From Candidatus Dojkabacteria bacterium UBA2259 (lineage in GTDB: Bacteria; Patescibacteriota; Dojkabacteria; SC72), in assembly GCA_002347605.1 (NCBI GenBank), contig DDXN01000001.1, forward strand, positions 9,701 through 73,700: a DNA stretch of 64,000 bases. The letters run 5' to 3'. Positions 31,161 through 41,262 of the stretch are shown here, piece after piece; within the stretch, counting starts at the first letter, position 1; the number at the start of each line of letters is the position of its first letter. The position numbers and the translations under genes are program-made. Below the pieces are notes generated by a model. That model ran no database searches, was not told where the DNA came from, and saw nothing but the letters and a program-made list of their open reading frames with translations.

Positions 31161-31161
31161 A

Positions 31162-31719
31162 CTATTCTATTTCCTTAATAACAGTAAAATTAATAGATAC
31201 ATCATACTCATTCCCAACCTTGTCTATACTAACTCTCACATCACTATAATATGTATTATTCTTTAAAGAATCCTCATAGTCCCTTAATGCTTTGAAATCC
31301 GAAGTGGTTAGAGAAAGAGTTACTCTTTGACTACTAATTGAAATACTCTCAACATTCATTGTAAGAGGAATCCCATTTATAATCTCTGATATTAGGTTAG
31401 AATTAAGCTCTTGTCCCTCCTTAATAACTTTTATGTCACCCAAAAGAGTTTGGAGATTTTCATACTTAATAACATTCTTTTTCCATGTTTCGTTTTCAAG
31501 TACCTTTACCTGAGCATCAATCTTAGATGTTAAATCATTGTTTTTCCCATCATTTATTAATCTGAAAGCGAAAGCCCCCAGAACTATCGCTTGAACACCC
31601 ATTAACATCCATTTCCCAATAGTTGTAAGCCACGAAAAAGAGGTCTGTAAAACAGAATCTGTACTTCCTGCAGGTTCTAAGAAATTAATAGATTTTGTTT
31701 GATCTTTTGCTTTTAACAT
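31162..31719 (-). CDS. pilN: type IV pilus assembly protein PilN-like
   Basis: INFL motif, TM, coiled coil, IP..MNVESIS, LKNNTYYSDV; adjacent to pilO. Confidence 0.75.
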   Translation of the reverse strand: MLKAKDQTKSINFLEPAGSTDSVLQTSFSWLTTIGKWMLMGVQAIVLGAFAFRLINDGKNNDLTSKIDAQVKVLENETWKKNVIKYENLQTLLGDIKVIKEGQELNSNLISEIINGIPLTMNVESISISSQRVTLSLTTSDFKALRDYEDSLKNNTYYSDVRVSIDKVGNEYDVSINFTVIKEIE

Positions 31720-31821
31720 TGGGCAGTATCTAGTATTACTATTACAGTATACAAAGCTTTATGAAAAGTTTCCATATGTTAGTACACAAAAACATATTCT
31801 GATATAATAAAAACTGTAAAT

Positions 31822-33561
31822 ATGAACAAATTTGAATCAAATAAAATCTTTGTAGGTGTCTCATGGCCATATGCTAGTGGTGAAATTCATCTTGGACATC
31901 TTGCTGGACAGAATATTGCCTGTGATGTTTTTGCTAGATACCATAGGTTAAAGGGCAATAGAGTCTTAATGGTATCAGGAAGTGATAGTCATGGAACACC
32001 AATACTTTACAAATCAGAAGAGCTGGGGATATCTCCGCAAGAGCTTGTAGAAACATCACATAAGAATATCTTAGATACTTTTAAGAAACTTTCCCTAATC
32101 TATGAGAACTACACCTCAACAACTACACAAAATCACAAAAAGGTTGTACAAAATATTTTTTTGGTACTTAAAGAATTGGGCTACCTGTATGTACAGAAAT
32201 CAGAACAGTACTATGATGAGAAAGTAAAAAGATTTCTACCTGATAGGTATGTAAGAGGAAAATGTCCAGAGTGTGGAGAAGAGAATGCAAGGGGAGATGA
32301 ATGCTCCAAGTGTGGTAAGTTCTTGTTCCCAAATGATTTAATTAATCCTTACAGTACACTCTCAGATACAAAACCTGTATTAAAAGAAACGGAGCACTTC
32401 TATCTCGATTTAAAGAAACTTGAACCACAGCTAAGGGTATGGATAGAAAAGAGCAGTGGAAACTGGAGGAAATGGGTTAGAGAGTTTTCTAAAGGATGGA
32501 TAAAAGAGGGATTAGAGCCAAGGGAGGTAACTAGAGATATGAAATTTGGAATACCTGTTCCAGTAGAAGGTTGGGATGAGAAAGTAATATATGTATGGAT
32601 TGAGGCTGTTGTAGGATATCTTTCTGCTGCCATAGAGTGGGCAGAAAATATTGGAGAACCAAGTAAGTGGGAAGAGTTTTGGAAAGACCCAAATTGCAAG
32701 CACTACTACTTTATAGCTGGGGGAAATGTACCTTTCCATACAATAATATGGCCTGCACAGTTACTTGCATACAGCGAGAAATACAGCAATGACCAGCTTT
32801 GGGCAAAATACAAATTACCCGGAGAAAGTAAAAGGGAGAAATTAAATCTCCCCTTTGATGTACCTGCAAACAAAATGTTACTTTCAAAAGGGAAAAAAAT
32901 GTCAAAAGAAGATGGTACTGGTACGTCTGTAAGCTCTTTGCTTGAAAAGTATAGTCCAGATTTAATTAGGTTTTTCTTTGTACGTAACGCTCCAGAAAAC
33001 CATGATAGGGAGTTTGAATGGAAAGACTTCATAAATTGCAATAATAACGAACTAGTTGGAAATATTGGGAATTTCATTAATAGAACACTTACATTCGTAA
33101 ATAGTAAATTTTCTAATACGGTTCCTAATGGAGTCTTAGATAGTGAAGTTAAACAGTGTATTGATACCACATTTAAAGAAATTGGAGGGTATTTAGAAAG
33201 TTGCGAGTTTGTTAAAGCAAGTGAATCCCTACTTAAATTTGGAGATTTCGCTAACAGGTACTTTAATGAAAAAGCCCCTTGGATATCATACAAAGAAAAT
33301 ATAAAAGATTGTGAAAATACAATATACAACTCAATCCAACTTGTGAATGCTTTTAGAATCCTGCTTAAACCATTTGTTCCTAATAGCTCTAAAACCCTCT
33401 CTAATATGCTGAATATAGGGGAGGAGTATGATCCAAATATTGATTTAGAGAAAACGGGAAAAGTAAGTAAGATAGAAAACCATTGGAGTTTCTTTCCCCT
33501 AGAGCTTGGCACAAAACTCAATACACCAAAGATCCTCTTTGAGAAGATACAAGAGGGTTAA
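31822..33561 (+). CDS. metG: methionine-tRNA ligase (short form)
   Basis: WPYASGEIHLGH, SDSHG, Zn knuckles, YVWIEA, KMSKE. Confidence 0.97.
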   Translation: MNKFESNKIFVGVSWPYASGEIHLGHLAGQNIACDVFARYHRLKGNRVLMVSGSDSHGTPILYKSEELGISPQELVETSHKNILDTFKKLSLIYENYTSTTTQNHKKVVQNIFLVLKELGYLYVQKSEQYYDEKVKRFLPDRYVRGKCPECGEENARGDECSKCGKFLFPNDLINPYSTLSDTKPVLKETEHFYLDLKKLEPQLRVWIEKSSGNWRKWVREFSKGWIKEGLEPREVTRDMKFGIPVPVEGWDEKVIYVWIEAVVGYLSAAIEWAENIGEPSKWEEFWKDPNCKHYYFIAGGNVPFHTIIWPAQLLAYSEKYSNDQLWAKYKLPGESKREKLNLPFDVPANKMLLSKGKKMSKEDGTGTSVSSLLEKYSPDLIRFFFVRNAPENHDREFEWKDFINCNNNELVGNIGNFINRTLTFVNSKFSNTVPNGVLDSEVKQCIDTTFKEIGGYLESCEFVKASESLLKFGDFANRYFNEKAPWISYKENIKDCENTIYNSIQLVNAFRILLKPFVPNSSKTLSNMLNIGEEYDPNIDLEKTGKVSKIENHWSFFPLELGTKLNTPKILFEKIQEG

Positions 33562-33626
33562 TACTTTACAATTTTAATATCGCTAACTCTCTCCATCTCT
33601 TTCTTTTAAATATTTATCAGGTTGTA

Positions 33627-35864
33627 TTAAATTTGTTCACCCATTAATACCCCACTTGCAAGATTTAGTGATACTAACTCCTGCCATACGGATTCAGTAA
33701 CAAATGGTATAAAGGGATGCATAATCTTTAGATTCTGTTTAAGAATGTATAGCAGCTCGGACAGTTTTGATATCCTAACCTCAGACCCTATCTCTTCATT
33801 CTGAATCTCTGTTTTAATCTCCTCTATCCAGATATCACATAGCTGATGCCAAAAGAACTCTCTAATTGCTTCTGCTCCTAAATTAAATTGGTACCTCTCA
33901 AGATATTTAGAAACTGTTTTAACATGCTCCTCTGTTTTGGAAATCCTCTCTGTATCAGTACTAACTTCATACTTAGATATCTTCTCAATCTCGGTATCAT
34001 CAATATTCATTAGAATGAACCTACTAGCATTCCATATCTTGTTTACAAAATTCCTGTTCCCTTTAATCTTTTCTTCCCTAATTGGAGCGTTTGAACCAGG
34101 TAGCGCATCTGAATAGTACCAAAACCTAAGTGCATCTGCCCCATATTTCCCTATAATCTCACTAGGCTCTACACCGTTACCCTTAGACTTCGACATTTTG
34201 GTTCCATCTGCCGCAAGTATTATGCCATGCAAAAAGACGACTTCAAATGGAGTGTGTCCTGTTCTGTAAATACCCATCATTATCATTCTTGCAGACCACC
34301 AATAGAGGATATCTCTTGCATGAATCATCATTTGCGTAGGATAGTATGATTTGTAATCTTTACCATCTATGCCTCCTAAGGTGGAGTAAGGTAGTTGACT
34401 AGAACTAAACCAAGTATCAAACATATCAGTTTCAGCTTCCCAACTACCAGATTTGTCTGGTGCTTCCTCTCCCAGATAGATTTCTCCTGTTCCATTTACC
34501 TTGTTTTTTGTTTCTTTAATATAGTCATCGACACTTTTACCTTTGTTCTCCCTTAACCAATCATACAGATGTTTTCCTCCGCTATACCATACTGGTATTC
34601 TTTGTCCCCACCAAAGCTGTCTTGATATACACCAAGGCTGGATATTTTCAAAAAAATACTCTAAAGCCTTCTGTTGGCCAGAAGGTATCACATATATCTC
34701 TTTACTCTTTAATGCTTCTAACGCTCTTTTTGCTAATGGTTTTACATCAACATACCACTGGTTAGAAATAATGGGTTCTATGGGTGTTCGACATCTTTCA
34801 CATACCGCCACCTCATGTTTAATATTTTGAATATCTTCTAAAAGCCCTAATGCATCTAACTCTTCACACAGCTTTTTTGAGCAAGATAGGGTATCTAAAC
34901 CTTTAAATCTTTCAGGTATATCTCCAACCATTACCCCGTCCTCATTAATTACATTTACAATCTCTAAGTTATGCTTTTTACCTAATTCAAAATCTACTGG
35001 AGAGTGAGCCGGAGTAACTTTTACAGCACCAGTTCCTAGCTCCATATCAACATCTTTGTCTGAAATAATGGGGATCTCTTTGTTCTGGATAGGAAGTAAA
35101 ACATTTTTGCCAATATATTTTTTGTATCTATCATCCTCTGGATTAACTGCAACTGCACTGTCTCCAAGCATTGTTTCGGGTCGAGTGGTTGCTACCATGA
35201 TATATTCATCCTTACTACCAACTACTGGATACTTAATATATGCAAATATACCTCTCCTTTGCTCATACTCAGTATCAACATCTGCTAATGCTGTTTTACA
35301 GTTAGGACATTGGTTTACAATCCTTTTGTCTCTGTATACCAAACCCTCCTTAAACATTTTGTAGAATGTTTCGTAAACAATCTTTGTTAATTTGGGATCT
35401 AATGTAAAATACTCCCTTGAATAGTCAGCAGAAAGACCAATATTTTTTTCCTGTTGTCTAGCGTTCTCAGCATTTTTAAGACTAAATTCATAACACATAT
35501 CATAGAATTTTTCCCTACCTAACTCCCATTTATCTATACCTCTCTCCTTTAGAACTTTTGTAAACGATGTCTCTGTTTGAATACCTGCATGATCCTTCCC
35601 TGGAAGAAGTAGTGTAGGATGTCCTGTCATTCTCATATATCTTCCAATTGCATCATGGAAAGAGTAACCACACATATGACCAATATGTAAATTGGCATTT
35701 GCATTTGGAGGAGGTAGTGAAATTGTAAAAGGTTTTTTTATCTCATCTCCCCACTTCTTAAGATACTCTTTCATGCCCTCTGGACTAGCAAGTTTTGAAC
35801 TTTCCCAAAGAGAGTATATCTCTTTTTCTTTCTGTTGGAATGTTTTTGATATTTCTCTTTTCAT
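33627..35864 (-). CDS. valS: valine-tRNA ligase (no C-terminal coiled-coil arm)
   Basis: PPPN..LHIGH, DHAGI, ATTRPET, WCISRQLWWG, DTWFSS, KMSKS. Confidence 0.97.
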   Translation of the reverse strand: MKREISKTFQQKEKEIYSLWESSKLASPEGMKEYLKKWGDEIKKPFTISLPPPNANANLHIGHMCGYSFHDAIGRYMRMTGHPTLLLPGKDHAGIQTETSFTKVLKERGIDKWELGREKFYDMCYEFSLKNAENARQQEKNIGLSADYSREYFTLDPKLTKIVYETFYKMFKEGLVYRDKRIVNQCPNCKTALADVDTEYEQRRGIFAYIKYPVVGSKDEYIMVATTRPETMLGDSAVAVNPEDDRYKKYIGKNVLLPIQNKEIPIISDKDVDMELGTGAVKVTPAHSPVDFELGKKHNLEIVNVINEDGVMVGDIPERFKGLDTLSCSKKLCEELDALGLLEDIQNIKHEVAVCERCRTPIEPIISNQWYVDVKPLAKRALEALKSKEIYVIPSGQQKALEYFFENIQPWCISRQLWWGQRIPVWYSGGKHLYDWLRENKGKSVDDYIKETKNKVNGTGEIYLGEEAPDKSGSWEAETDMFDTWFSSSQLPYSTLGGIDGKDYKSYYPTQMMIHARDILYWWSARMIMMGIYRTGHTPFEVVFLHGIILAADGTKMSKSKGNGVEPSEIIGKYGADALRFWYYSDALPGSNAPIREEKIKGNRNFVNKIWNASRFILMNIDDTEIEKISKYEVSTDTERISKTEEHVKTVSKYLERYQFNLGAEAIREFFWHQLCDIWIEEIKTEIQNEEIGSEVRISKLSELLYILKQNLKIMHPFIPFVTESVWQELVSLNLASGVLMGEQI

Positions 35865-35945
35865 TCTTCTTCCTGTATTATATCAGCCTCTTTCAACTTA
35901 ATACACTTTTCAATATGTTTAAGAGTAATTTGATATAATTGGAGA

Positions 35946-37643
35946 ATGAACAATACAAAAACAAAATATTACAAGAATGACAACCTTAAGTTGTGCACCC
36001 TGTCAGGAACAAGTGAGATAGGTAGAAATTGTAACTTTCTTGAATACGGAGACGAAATCATCATAGTTGATTCTGGTTATTCATTTCCTGGGCAAGAGAT
36101 GTACGGCATTGATTACCTGATTCCAAATATTAAATATTTAAGAAAAAACAAAAAAAGAGTTAAAGCTATACTAATAACCCATGGGCATCTTGATCATACA
36201 GGAGCATTAAGATGGATATTACCTGACTTAGACTTCCCTCCAGTATATGCTGGAGCTTTTGCTAAGGCATTAATAGAAGAGAGACTAGAAGAATACGGTT
36301 TGAAGAGTAAAACTAAAATATTTGGAGTAACAAGGCATACAACTATAAATATTGGAAAGAGTTTTAGAGCTACCTTTATAGGGATTAATCATAGTATCCC
36401 AGATGCTTTTTCAATATTTGTACAAACCCCTAGGGGTAATGTTTTCTTTTCAGGAGATTACAAAATAGATACACAACCAACTAACGAACTTGAGGCTGAC
36501 TATGAAAAATTAAAATCCTTAAGAGGCCGTGTTGATTTAGCACTCATGGATAGTACAAACGCATCTAACACAGGAAAGTCTCCCTCTGAAACCGAGGTAT
36601 ACAGGAATTTAGAGAATGTAATTGCAAAGATAGAAGGTAGAGTCATAGTTGCTGCTTTTTCATCTCTTCTTACAAGGCTTTACTCACTCTTTGAAATCGC
36701 AAAAAGAACAAACAGAAAAATCGTAATATCTGGAAGAAGCCTAGACCAATCGATATCTATTGCAAGTAAACAGGGATATATAAAGATACCACAAGGATTA
36801 ATGATTAAAGAGAGAGATATCCCTAAGTACAAAGATAACGAGCTATTAATTCTTTGTACAGGTAGTCAAGGGGAGAGATTTGCTGCTCTAAACAGAATAT
36901 CCTTAAATGAGCATAAATATATTAAGATTAAAAGGGGAGATCTTGTTATCATGTCCTCTTCTGAGATACCTGAAAACGTTTCTAGTATTGAGCATATGAC
37001 AGACAGATTAATTGCATTAGGATCAGACTTAATTAAGGATACAATTGAAACAAAAATACACTCCACAGGACACGGAAATCAAGAAGATATGAAAATTATG
37101 CATGACCTTATCCAACCCAAAGCAGTAATGCCGATACACGGACCACTCACATTTAGATACTTTAATAAAAAGAATTATATTTCTTGGGGGATGAAAGAGG
37201 AGAATGTATATCTTACTAACGATGGTCAAATATGGGTATTTAATGGTAAGTATTGGACAAAAGATAAATCTATTGAATCCAAGCCAATCCTCATAGATGG
37301 ATTGGGTGTAGGAGATACTGGAGAGATTGTTTTAGGTGACAGGAAGCAACTTTCAGAGTATGGTATGTTCATAATTGTTCTTAATTTAAGTACAAAAACA
37401 CATAGGTTGCTTGGTCGACCACAATTTGTCTCTCGTGGATTCATATATATGAAAAAATCTCAAGAGTTACTCAAAGAAATTCAAACTATAATATATGATG
37501 TACACAAAGGGTGGGAAAATACTTCCAGATCAAAGAATAAATATGAATATGACGAGCTAAAATCCTTAATGGAGAAATCAATAGGGAAGTATATTTACAA
37601 AAAAACAGAAAGGGAGCCAATTATTCAAATAGTTGTTGTATAG
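35946..37643 (+). CDS. rnj: ribonuclease J
   Basis: EIGRN, THGHLDH, NHSIPD, CTGSQGE, HSTGHG, PIHG. Confidence 0.97.
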   Translation: MNNTKTKYYKNDNLKLCTLSGTSEIGRNCNFLEYGDEIIIVDSGYSFPGQEMYGIDYLIPNIKYLRKNKKRVKAILITHGHLDHTGALRWILPDLDFPPVYAGAFAKALIEERLEEYGLKSKTKIFGVTRHTTINIGKSFRATFIGINHSIPDAFSIFVQTPRGNVFFSGDYKIDTQPTNELEADYEKLKSLRGRVDLALMDSTNASNTGKSPSETEVYRNLENVIAKIEGRVIVAAFSSLLTRLYSLFEIAKRTNRKIVISGRSLDQSISIASKQGYIKIPQGLMIKERDIPKYKDNELLILCTGSQGERFAALNRISLNEHKYIKIKRGDLVIMSSSEIPENVSSIEHMTDRLIALGSDLIKDTIETKIHSTGHGNQEDMKIMHDLIQPKAVMPIHGPLTFRYFNKKNYISWGMKEENVYLTNDGQIWVFNGKYWTKDKSIESKPILIDGLGVGDTGEIVLGDRKQLSEYGMFIIVLNLSTKTHRLLGRPQFVSRGFIYMKKSQELLKEIQTIIYDVHKGWENTSRSKNKYEYDELKSLMEKSIGKYIYKKTEREPIIQIVVV

Positions 37644-37673
37644 TTGAATAGGTTTAATGATATAATCTGGGGT

Positions 37674-38930
37674 ATGATTAAACTGCCAAAGAAAAAATCA
37701 AAAAGAGGTACTCTGTTAGATGGAATAACTCCCATAGTTGCTTTGGACATTGGTACAGAGACTATTAAAAGTCTCCTTTTTACAATGGGAGAATATGGTG
37801 TATCTGTAAATAGAATATCCAGAATACAACAGCAACAGCATGCAATGAGAAGTGGAATTATCAAAAATCTTGATACGGTGCTCGAGAACTGCAAACTATC
37901 CATAAATCAACTACTTAGCAACCTGAAACCTGAAGAGTATCCCAAGAAGGTAATGATGGGTATAGCTGGAGAATATATACAAGGAGTCTCAATAGTCGTT
38001 AACTACGAGAGAGAAGAGCATTTTGAAAAAGAAGTAACTAAAAAAGAACAGGATAGGATTATAGGGGAAGTTAAATCTCAGATAGCTGTAAGTGGTAGAG
38101 AAGACTTAGGTCTTAGAACAGGTTTAAAGAATGAAGATATCGAAATACTACACATTACCCCAACTGGACTTGAGATAGGGGGTATGCCTGTAAACTCATT
38201 AATAGGGTATAAGGGTAGAGATGTTAGATTGAATTTCTACGCATCCTTTGCCCCTAAAACATATACTGAAGCTCTTAGGAAAGTTGCTTCTTCGCTCAAT
38301 TTTGATGTTTTAGAGATAGTATCTCAACCATTTGCAGTAGCTAGAGCACACTCTGGGGGTAAAAATACTAATTTCTCAGCAATCTTTATAGACGTTGGTG
38401 GTGGTACTACAGATGTTGCAATAGTAAAACATGGGAACGTTGCAGAAACGCAAATGTTTGCATTTGGAGGAAGAGCATTTACAAAAGAGTTGGCAAGATT
38501 AACAGATTCTGATTTTAGACATGCAGAGCAAAGAAAAATAAAGTACTCAGAAAAAGATTTACCAAAAGAAGTTATGAGACAGGTTCAAAAGACTATGTAT
38601 TCAACGGCAACACTTTGGATGAGAACATTAAAGGTTGCTTTGGAAAGCTGTGAAGATGTAGGACCTCTTCCAACACAGATATATCTTTGTGGTGGTGGTG
38701 CACTACTTCCTGATATTAAACAGTCTTTAATGGAATTCCCTTGGAAGAAGTATCTACCAATTGCTGTTGTTCCAAAAATTGATATGTTTACACCTAATCT
38801 GCTAGGCTCAGTTGTTGATAATAGTGGTGATTTGCAAAATCTTTACGATATTACTCCAGCATCTTTAGCAAAATTCTTGTATGATATGGAAATAGATAGG
38901 ACAACTAAGAATATAAATTGGGATGCATAA
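37674..38930 (+). CDS. FtsA-like actin-fold ATPase
   Basis: ALDIGTE, IDVGGGTTDVA, LCGGGALL; ATG at 37674 follows TGATATAAT; no adjacent ftsZ. Confidence 0.85.
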   Translation: MIKLPKKKSKRGTLLDGITPIVALDIGTETIKSLLFTMGEYGVSVNRISRIQQQQHAMRSGIIKNLDTVLENCKLSINQLLSNLKPEEYPKKVMMGIAGEYIQGVSIVVNYEREEHFEKEVTKKEQDRIIGEVKSQIAVSGREDLGLRTGLKNEDIEILHITPTGLEIGGMPVNSLIGYKGRDVRLNFYASFAPKTYTEALRKVASSLNFDVLEIVSQPFAVARAHSGGKNTNFSAIFIDVGGGTTDVAIVKHGNVAETQMFAFGGRAFTKELARLTDSDFRHAEQRKIKYSEKDLPKEVMRQVQKTMYSTATLWMRTLKVALESCEDVGPLPTQIYLCGGGALLPDIKQSLMEFPWKKYLPIAVVPKIDMFTPNLLGSVVDNSGDLQNLYDITPASLAKFLYDMEIDRTTKNINWDA

Positions 38931-38932
38931 AT

Positions 38933-40789
38933 ATGGAAGAAAAAATCTCTACAGCAAAAATCATAATAGATGAAAACAATGAAATTACAGACTTAGTGAG
39001 AGAAATTCACAAAAGTAAGGCAGAGAGAGTTGTGCTTACTTTTACAGAACAAACAGATATCTTAATTAGCCCTATTAATCTAAAAGTTCTACACGAAGCA
39101 GCCGAAAGAGAAGGGAAATTACTAATTGCTCAGATAATACAAAACCCAACAGGTATACGTAATTCAAAGTTAGCTGGTATTAAGACTATAGATACCCCTT
39201 CTAATCCAACAGAGTATGATTGGGAAGAGGCTTTTGAAATGATACAAGCTAAAAAGAAAGAGAAGCTTGAAAAAAAGAAACTCCTTGAAGAGTTGCCAAC
39301 AAAAGAAGATGAGAAGGAGATATTTGAAGAGAAAGTAGAAGATAGTATTGAAAAAGTAAAACCTCCTAAGGTAGAGACTACATCGCAGTATATAGATAAG
39401 AGGGGAGTTAAGCGTGCCACCCCCTTTATATCCATAGATGATGATATACCTCAAACTTTAGAGAGTAATCCTGTACAAGCCGGTATTTTGCCTGCTGTAG
39501 GTGCCATTCCTTTAAAAAAGAGGTTTAGAATTAATATATTTAAGAATCTTAAGAGTTCAATTAGGCCAAAAGTTGGTGAAACTGTTAGAGTAGGAAACAA
39601 AAAGAAGATACTTAAGATTTTACTCTTTACACTCGTTCCTTTAGTATTACTTTCTGCATTAGGTTTCTTCCTGTATAACAGGTATGCAACATTTGTAAAA
39701 GTAAGAGTGTTTGTAGAATCCAAACCTGTTGAAGTAGAAAATCTCCTCGTCGGTGATACGACTATTGAAGAGATTGATTTTGAGAGCTTAAAGATACCAA
39801 TAAAGATGGAGGAGAAAACGAAGAGTCTTTCTAATAGTATCACCGCTACTGGTAAAGCATATAGAGGAGAGAAGGCAAAAGGTACAATTGTAATTTTTTA
39901 CAATGGGGATTGTGATGGAGATACCCCAGATATTTCCCTTCCTGTTGGGCAAGCTGTTACTTCAAGTGGACTCTCATTCAAATTAATTAATAGCGTATCT
40001 TTTACATGTAGCGAGGCTTTCTCATCGGGTGTTCAGGTTGAAGCAGATACTTTTGGGGATGAATATAATATTGTGTCTGGTAAAAGTTTTTCAATTGATG
40101 GACACTCCCTTGATACTCTTTTTGCAAAAAGTACAAGTAATTTTACTGGTGGTACTAAAGAGGAATACACTGTTCTTTCTCAAACAGATGTAAATAATGG
40201 AGTTGAAGCTTTGAGTACTACTGCTATTGAAGAGGTTAAATCAGAGTTAAGAGAAATTGCTGGGGACTGGGAGATTATCGAAGACACTATTCGTAGTGAG
40301 GTAGACAAGACTACTATTGTAACAGACAAAAAGGTCGGTGTACAAGCAGATATTGTTAATTTAGATCTTACTATTAAGGGTAGTGCCACCTATTACAAAA
40401 CAACTGGTTTAGATGAAAAGCTTACACAACTTTTAGAAAATAAGGCTCAAGAGGAGAATCTTTTTGAAAGTAATAAAGATTTAGAGCTTGTCTTGGGTGA
40501 TGATATCCAAAAGAGTATTACTGTAGAAGAGAGTAAGAAGAGTGTAGTAAAGATAAAGATTGTAGCAAAGGCAACTATTAAACCTAAGGTAGATAAAGAC
40601 CAGCTACAGAACAAGTTAAAGGGTATGGAGTGGGATGAGGGAAAAACATATTTAAATACATTGAATTATGCACAGAGAAAACCTGAGGCTGTGTTTAATC
40701 CCTTAAACTATCCAGCTTTTTTACAGAGGTTCCCTGATAGAAGGGGAGGGGTCTTAGTGAGTATTGTTGAACTTGAGGCTGAGGAATAA
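38933..40789 (+). CDS. bitopic membrane protein with baseplate J/gp47-like extracellular domain
   Basis: Cytoplasmic N-domain, TM, then ATGK..GEKAKGTIVIFYN, VEADTFGDEYNI, FTGGT. Confidence 0.7.
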   Translation: MEEKISTAKIIIDENNEITDLVREIHKSKAERVVLTFTEQTDILISPINLKVLHEAAEREGKLLIAQIIQNPTGIRNSKLAGIKTIDTPSNPTEYDWEEAFEMIQAKKKEKLEKKKLLEELPTKEDEKEIFEEKVEDSIEKVKPPKVETTSQYIDKRGVKRATPFISIDDDIPQTLESNPVQAGILPAVGAIPLKKRFRINIFKNLKSSIRPKVGETVRVGNKKKILKILLFTLVPLVLLSALGFFLYNRYATFVKVRVFVESKPVEVENLLVGDTTIEEIDFESLKIPIKMEEKTKSLSNSITATGKAYRGEKAKGTIVIFYNGDCDGDTPDISLPVGQAVTSSGLSFKLINSVSFTCSEAFSSGVQVEADTFGDEYNIVSGKSFSIDGHSLDTLFAKSTSNFTGGTKEEYTVLSQTDVNNGVEALSTTAIEEVKSELREIAGDWEIIEDTIRSEVDKTTIVTDKKVGVQADIVNLDLTIKGSATYYKTTGLDEKLTQLLENKAQEENLFESNKDLELVLGDDIQKSITVEESKKSVVKIKIVAKATIKPKVDKDQLQNKLKGMEWDEGKTYLNTLNYAQRKPEAVFNPLNYPAFLQRFPDRRGGVLVSIVELEAEE

Positions 40790-40839
40790 TCCTTTATTTT
40801 AATCAAATTTATTGATAGAATTGCGTACTTATCTATTAT

Positions 40840-40916
40840 GTACCCGTAGCTTAATTGGATAGAGCAATTGCCTTCTAAGCAGTAGGTTGCCGGTTCGATT
40901 CCGGCCGGGTACACCA
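40840..40916 (+). tRNA. tRNA-Arg(UCU)
   Basis: GTACCCG/CGGGTAC acceptor stem, anticodon loop CT-TCT-AA, GGTTCGATTCC T-arm, encoded CCA. Confidence 0.97.
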
Positions 40917-41003
40917 GGAGAGATGCCTGAGCGGTCGAAAGGACACGCTTGGAGAGCGTGCGTATGAGAAATCGTACCGTGGGTTCGAATCCCACTCTCT
41001 CCG
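40917..41003 (+). tRNA. tRNA-Ser(GGA)
   Basis: GGAGAGA/TCTCTCC acceptor stem, CACGC-TTGGAGA-GCGTG anticodon arm, long variable arm, G discriminator, no encoded CCA. Confidence 0.96.
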
Positions 41004-41210
41004 TTTGATAAGGTTAATACAAAATAATTCCAAAACTACCCTATATCTTTTTTACACTAGATATCTCATTTTGTATAAAACCAATTAAACTATCTTTAAG
41101 GTGAAGTAAAAGCATATCTTTCCTGTAGAAAAAACAAACAGAATACCATTAATGCACTTAAATTTGAGATAAACTTAGAACAAAACCTTCTAACTCTTCA
41201 AAAACTACTA

Positions 41211-41221
41211 CCACTTCGTGG
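41211..41221 (-). other. CCAC-GAA-GTGG mini-hairpin downstream of the putative DGR variable region
   Basis: Plus strand CCACTTCGTGG; GAA loop on the coding strand, about 40 nt after the stop codon. Confidence 0.55.
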
Positions 41222-41262
41222 ATGGGTAAATTAAAAATTCCTAAATTACCAAATTCTAAACA

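Noticed and set aside
32706-33521. 271-aa minus-strand ORF
   Set aside because: Lies wholly antisense to metG in the mirrored frame and has no motif
38933-40789. Prophage or contractile injection system suggested by the baseplate-J-like domain
   Set aside because: No sheath, tube, capsid, portal or large terminase genes; the protein is membrane-anchored among housekeeping genes
40708-40995. 95-aa ORF beginning MGFEPT
   Set aside because: Antisense translation of the two tRNA genes
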